Shown here one piece after another: positions 58,731-64,000 of a DNA stretch of 64,000 nucleotides. The DNA comes from Octopus vulgaris (taxonomy: Eukaryota). The notes under the pieces were generated by a model. It worked only from the letters and a program-made list of their open reading frames with translations, was not told where the DNA came from and ran no database searches. The stretch is from the NCBI GenBank assembly GCA_951406725.2, contig OX597834.1:35774001-35838000 (forward strand), read 5' to 3'. The translations under genes were made by a program, and so were the position numbers. Within the stretch, counting starts at the first letter, position 1, and each line of letters starts with the position of its first letter.

Positions 58731-59750
58731 TACCGACATGCTCACCCCTCCTTATCAGTTATTGACGAAATGCCACTAGAATTTCGGCACTTACGATAAT
58801 ATGCTACAATTTGGTGTTAACAGGAACTAAGCTACTGGGATAGAAATGAGCGGACACGAATGGCGAATACGAACTGAAGAAAAAATAATGAAATAAGTAG
58901 AATAAGAAGACCAAATGAGGTCTCTAGACCGGCCGGTAAATAGAGATGTGTTGGGAGGAGAAGAGGAAAATTATATATAACGAAGAAACAAATAAGCAAG
59001 GGTAGTAATAGGAAAAAGTACGTGACCATGGACTGTCTTGCGAAAATAGGACGGAAAAACATTGATTGTTTAGCAAAGCGAGAAGCTTATTTTATGTTAA
59101 AAGATCATAAAGAGAATTCTTATTCCGATAGAAGTTGAAAATTAATTAATTAATCAAGTGATGAGTGGAATCGGATTAATTAGTGACCACATTTTAAATA
59201 ATATAATTGCCAATATCAGAAAAATACCGAAAAACCATTAACGGAATAATAGCGATGCAATTGAGGTCTATTGGTTCAAAGGTATCAGAAAACAAAAGTA
59301 ATTCAATATTGTTGAGTTTGATCAGTATATAAGAGGTACTGGAGGTTATTCGACAGTGTCTTAATATTTCTGAAGAAATATTCTACTATAGACGATAATG
59401 GCGTCCGAATAACCACATATGTCACAAGAACACAACTATTTGTAAAAAAAAAATTCGCCTTGATCAAAATGTTCTGCAGAATAGGACATTTGTATGCATG
59501 CGTTTGATAACACTTAAATGTAGGAAATCACGGTAGGCTTACATAGAGACGACGGGCTAGCGCTTCGCACCACTCTAGCGACAAAAAAGGTTAGATTAAT
59601 AGAGAAACGGTTAAATCACATATTTCTGTGTCTCGGCTTAAGAATTCCAATATCCATGTGTATGAACGTTGTTAATCCTTTAGATGAAATGATAAATTTA
59701 TGGACAAATATATATAAAGCATATGATAAATCAAAGGATATGTACGTGAA

Positions 59751-59892
59751 CATAATTAGGGATAACCCATAATTAGGAATAACCCATAATTAGGAATAAA
59801 CCATAATTAGGAATAACCCATAATTAGGAATAAACCATAATTAGGAATAACTCATAATTTGGAATAAACCATTATTAGGAATAAACCATAAT
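59751..59892 (+). repeat. 17-bp tandem repeat, 8 copies plus a partial, inside the PLE RT
   Basis: Unit CATAATTAGGAATAA(A/C)C. Confidence 0.95.
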
Positions 59893-59999
59893 CGCTTTCA
59901 AAAATTTAATCAATAATATAAGCAAATACCTAGTCCATCGTCACGTAAAGGAATCTTCTATAAAGCTGCCCCTTATTACAATAACGTCCTAACTAAATA

Positions 60000-60260
60000 A
60001 TCATTTCTACTATAGTTACAAGGCCTGAAATTTTTGGGGAAGGGACCAGTCGATTAGATCGACCCCAGTACGCGACTGGTACTTAATTTATCGACACCAA
60101 AAGGGTGAAAGGTAAAGTCGACCTCGGCGGAATTTGAACTCAGAACATAAAGACAGACGAAATACCGTTAAGCATTTCGTCCGGCGTGCGAAATGTCGAG
60201 CGGTATTTCGCCTGTCTTTATGTCCTGAGTTCAAATTCCGCCGAGGTCGACTTTGCCTTG
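60000..60260. mobile_element. SINE family A with fold-back duplication of its head, inside the PLE relic
   Basis: ~60109-60179 is the reverse complement of ~60189-60259. Confidence 0.85.
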
Positions 60261-60936
60261 ATCCATTTTGATCACAAACCATTAAAATTAACAATAAGAA
60301 AAGGGGCAACAGCGTTACATGGTTTATTTCACTCTTCTCTCTAAATGCCTAAACCAATCTACCAAACAATTTATTATTCCTCATTGATATATTCTTGCTA
60401 TTGAACAACATGTATCGGAGGTTGTTCAATCATTACTCAATCAAGGTCAGATACAATTGCACATCCAAAATTAAGAAAATCTTATCTAAATGAGTTATTA
60501 ATTCTAATGAAGGTTAATAAATGGTACATATGCAAAAATAAAGGATTATGCCCTCTCAAATACATCAGTTATAAGTAAACACTAATTCATTCGGCTAATT
60601 CAATTAATAGTCGTAATGAACGATATCATTACAAAAGAATACATAGGAATGATTGAGGGAAGTCTGAAAAGCCGCTAATATAACTACACTCCATTTCTCT
60701 GAAACAATAAAACACTTCACAAATTTATTCATTTCCGTTTCAAAAATCCAGTGATGTTGGAGGTTGGGGGTATTGAGTGTATTCTACTGAGCTTGAACCA
60801 GCCATCCGTGCCTAGCTAACTTGCATTTCAACGAAGCGTATCAGTAATTTTCCGTTTGAACTAAACAAATTAATTAAAACAGCAAAAAGCGTTGAGAGAA
60901 AAGGAGAGAAGGAGAAGAAATCACAAAGAGAGGAAG

Positions 60937-60967
<31 letters not shown>

Positions 60968-61113
60968 TGACAGAGAGACGAGAGAGATGAAGAAGAATGT
61001 CAGAGAGAGTAAGACAGAAACGGAATTCAAAATGAGAGAAAAGGTGAGAGAGAGAAAAAGGTTCTGAAGAGAGAGAATGAATGTATGAAAACATAGTGAA
61101 AAGAAAAGCAAAA

Positions 61114-61172
<59 letters not shown>

Positions 61173-61690
61173 GACAGGAAAATGAAATAATAAAAGACAT
61201 GGAAAAGAGAGACAGACACCCACTTACATATATACAGATAGGTATACACACGCACACACCATATATATATATATTTGCGCGCGCGCGCACACGCACACAC
61301 ACACACGCACGCACGCACACATATATGTATATGTATGTGTGTGGTTGTGAATGTTGAGAGAGAGGGGGAAAGAGGCAAAACAGACTGATAAAAGATTGAC
61401 TGATAGATAGATAGATAGATAGATAAGTTTCTTTATTGGCCACACAGGGCTGCACACAGATGGGACAAGTTACAAGGTAGAGCTTTTCTTTTGGGGGATG
61501 AAAAAAACAAAAAACAAAAAACAAAAGAAACAAAAAAAAAGGTGGCTTAGGTTTTCTATCAAAAGGGATCGTAAAAGGGAAAAAAGAACAAAAAAAAAAG
61601 GAAAAGGAACAAAAGAAAAGAGAAATGAAAAAAAGAAGAAAAAAGGGGGGAAAAAGGGGAAGAGGAAAAAAACGATCAATCGAAAAAAAC

Positions 61691-61732
<42 letters not shown>

Positions 61733-62099
61733 GAGATACATAGATCGATAGACAGACAGATAGATATACGGAAAGATAAATTATTTTATAATTACTATGT
61801 GAATTTGCCTCACTTCTTTCTACTTTAAGTTGTGTATTTTACAAACAAGATGACTGTTGTTGTTACCATGGAGATGGTATTATGTACGTCCTAGAATTAA
61901 CTTTTGTGTAACGCTGCTAAGTCACTCACCTCGACTTCATTTCTCAAAGACACCAACTGTGTCAGGCCATATCAAATTGCACGCGCGTACGCACACACAC
62001 ACATACAAACACACATAGATAGACAGGCTGACAGAAAAACATAGGATAGATAGATAAATATAAATAGATAGATAGAGAGACAGACAGACAGAAAGATAG

Positions 62100-62146
<47 letters not shown>

Positions 62147-62178
62147 CAGCTAGCTAGCTAGCTAGCTAGATAGCTAGA

Positions 62179-62214
<36 letters not shown>

Positions 62215-62239
62215 TCGTTATGCAAAATATATATATCAT

Positions 62240-62500
62240 AAGGTGGGTGGGGAGAGAATCAAAGGTTACTTCCGTTGCCACTGGCTCACAAGGTCTGCTT
62301 CCTGGATTCTGTGGCGTATACATTTCCCTCTGGAAGGGACACCGGTCCGTGGCGATAGTTACTATGTTTACCGGCTGAGGGGAATGGAACAGTGTGAAAT
62401 AAGGTTCTTTACTCGGAAACAACCCATCGACAGGTGCAGCCGAGGAATCGAAACCACAATCTTACGATCATGAATGCAACACCCCAACCACAAAGCCACG
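62240..62500 (-). mobile_element. Old tRNA-headed SINE
   Basis: Minus strand GTGGCTTTGTGGTTGGGG...GGTTTCGATTCC. Confidence 0.55.
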
Positions 62501-62983
62501 TTCTTCATCCACCTAACCATTACCCCACCCGGATTATCATCGGATCTTTGTTCTTCTTCGGACTCTACCACCATCTATCGATCTTTCTGTATCTTTCGTC
62601 GATGTTTATCCCACTAATCTACCACATCTCGAACTTTCTGGAATTTTTGAACTCCGTAAGTTAATAACTTCCGCCATTTTCTATTTTGTATCGTTTTTTT
62701 TTATCTCCTCTTTAAACAGTTAATCCATTTTGTCTGTCTTTAGATTCTGAGCTCAAATTTCGCCGAGGTCAGCTCTACCTTTTATTCTTTGGGGGACGAT
62801 AAAATAGGTACTACTCTTGTACTGGGAATCGATACATTTGACTTTACCCCTCCTTCAAAATTTCAGACCGTGTGCCTATTATTATTGTTGTTGCTGATGA
62901 TTTGACTCAGGTTCGTACTTATTCCTGGCAGGACTTACGTGGGTAGCGGATTACCATCCGTAACCCTAGGTATCCACAGTTTT

Positions 62984-63212
62984 TCAATAGTCTTTCAAGT
63001 ATTTAAAAACCCTCCTGATAATCTTCCCTGTCCCTAAGAGGCAAACTTTCTGTAGAAGCTCTTCGGGACATTCCATTCCAACCTCCTTCAACCATTTCTC
63101 TATATATTTTGATTTACAATTCCCAATGAACAAAGCATTACAAGAACAACATTTACAGTTTTCCTTTTCCAAATTCTTAGAATTTCAAATTTTAAGGAAT
63201 TGTATTTTTTAA
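62984..63212 (-). pseudogene. 3' fragment of a non-LTR retrotransposon with restriction-like endonuclease (R4/Dong/Rex6-like C-terminus)
   Basis: Minus strand reads KKYNSLKFEILRIWKRKTVNVVLVMLCSLGIV, then after a frameshift EKWLKEVGMECPEELLQKVCLLGTGKIIRRVF. This matches the KY..L..E+.R+W...V+PVV+GALG...LQK..LLGT..I+R C-terminal pattern. Confidence 0.75.
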
Positions 63213-63214
63213 GG

Positions 63215-63482
63215 GCAGAATCGTCAGTGTCGGAAAAAAGGCTTTGTAATAAATACTTCCGGCTATTTACGTTCTGAGTTCTGTTCCCGCCAAAATCAGT
63301 CCTGCTTTTATCTGTCTGGGGTCGGTGAAATAAATACTTCCGGCTCTTTACGTTCTGAGTTCAGTTCCCGCCGAGATCAGTCTTGCTTTTATCTGTCTGG
63401 GGTCGGTACTGGAGGAAGCGGGGATGGTATCGACTGTTCACCCGCCCTTTAAAATTGTTAGTCTTTGTGCCCAAATCAGAAA
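63215..63482 (+). mobile_element. Diverged SINE A with an internal 81-bp tandem duplication
   Basis: 63248-63328 is repeated at 63329-63408. Confidence 0.7.
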
Positions 63483-63754
63483 CAGCAACAACAACAACGA
63501 TAACGAGGGTAAGAAGAATTTTGATCGTAAGTCTGGGCGAGCAACAACATGTACGACAACAACAATAAATTTACAACAATGTCAACAACAGGAACAACAA
63601 TAGCATTAGTACTATAGACACCAAAAGCAACATCGATAACATGAACAACAAGGTCGCCATCACCATCACCGCCAGGAAGAGCAACAGCAGCAAATGACAG
63701 CAACAAAACTGCCAACAGCAATACCGTGACTGTAGCAGCAGCAGCAGCAGCAGT

Positions 63755-64000
63755 GGAGGCGCAATGGCCCAATGGTTAGGGCAGCGGACTCGCGGTCGGA
63801 GGATCGCGGTTTTGATTCCCAGACCAGGCGTTGTGTGTTTATTGAGCAAAAACACCTAAAGCTCCACGAGCTCCGGTAGGGGGTGGGGTGGCGACCCCTG
63901 TTGTACTCTTTCGCTCCAACTTTCTCTCGCTCTTTCTTCCAGTTTCTTGTCCCCGACTTCCTTCCTATGCAACCGCTGAGCCTGGATGCGCATTCATCCA
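63755..64000 (+). mobile_element. SINE family C head and body, running off the window
   Basis: Matches the reverse complement of ~11790-11974. Confidence 0.85.

Larger units (their letters stand above)
57782..60735 (+). pseudogene. Decayed Penelope-like retroelement ORF (RT + C-terminal GIY-YIG; Naiad-like), broken by stops, frameshifts, three SINE insertions and a 17-bp tandem array
   Basis: Hand translation gives PLE motifs in collinear order: MKRLIFRIIDFSK*TWK (57782 onward, joined across a SINE), KIFTCSDKTKN (~58281-58313), IDCLAKREAYFMLKDHKENS...*KLIN (59061-59150), SGIGLISDHIL, WFKGI, FNIVEF, VGLHRDDGLA (59533-59562), VVNPLD..INL.TNIYKAY, KAAPYYNNVL, VTWFISLFS, KVRYNC (60443-60460), CKNKGLCPL (60531-60557), YIGMIEGSLKSR (60640 onward). 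Confidence 0.88.

Noticed and set aside
59751-59892. CRISPR-like array
   Set aside because: Contiguous 17-bp units without spacers, in a eukaryotic context.
60735-60860. SECIS element downstream of the PLE ORF
   Set aside because: No ATGA-AA-GA stem-loop is visible, and the element's 3' end appears truncated.
63755-63830. tRNA gene
   Set aside because: It is a SINE head: it continues into SINE body shared with 11605-11976 and has no clean cloverleaf.

Overview
AT-rich, repeat-saturated eukaryotic non-coding DNA. The mix of very long (TA)n/(CA)n/(GAT)n/(GAA)n microsatellites and three tRNA-headed SINE families resembles an octopus genome (inference, not checked). No host protein-coding gene can be supported, and almost all ORF-track entries are microsatellite or SINE translations. 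The notable content is a Penelope-like retroelement (PLE) ecosystem. (1) A decayed, interrupted PLE ORF at ~57.8-60.75 kb that the ORF track misses, with RT, Cys-linker and C-terminal GIY-YIG motifs of Naiad type and a TGA at a normally conserved Cys. (2) Several short, often fold-back insertions, most inside (TA)n tracts, each carrying a minimal type-I hammerhead-ribozyme-like motif. Also present: CRE-like and R4-like non-LTR fragments, MITE remnants, two local templated insertions inside SINEs, fixed-junction SINE tandem multimers and several minisatellites. All alignments and folds were done by eye, and element boundaries are approximate.
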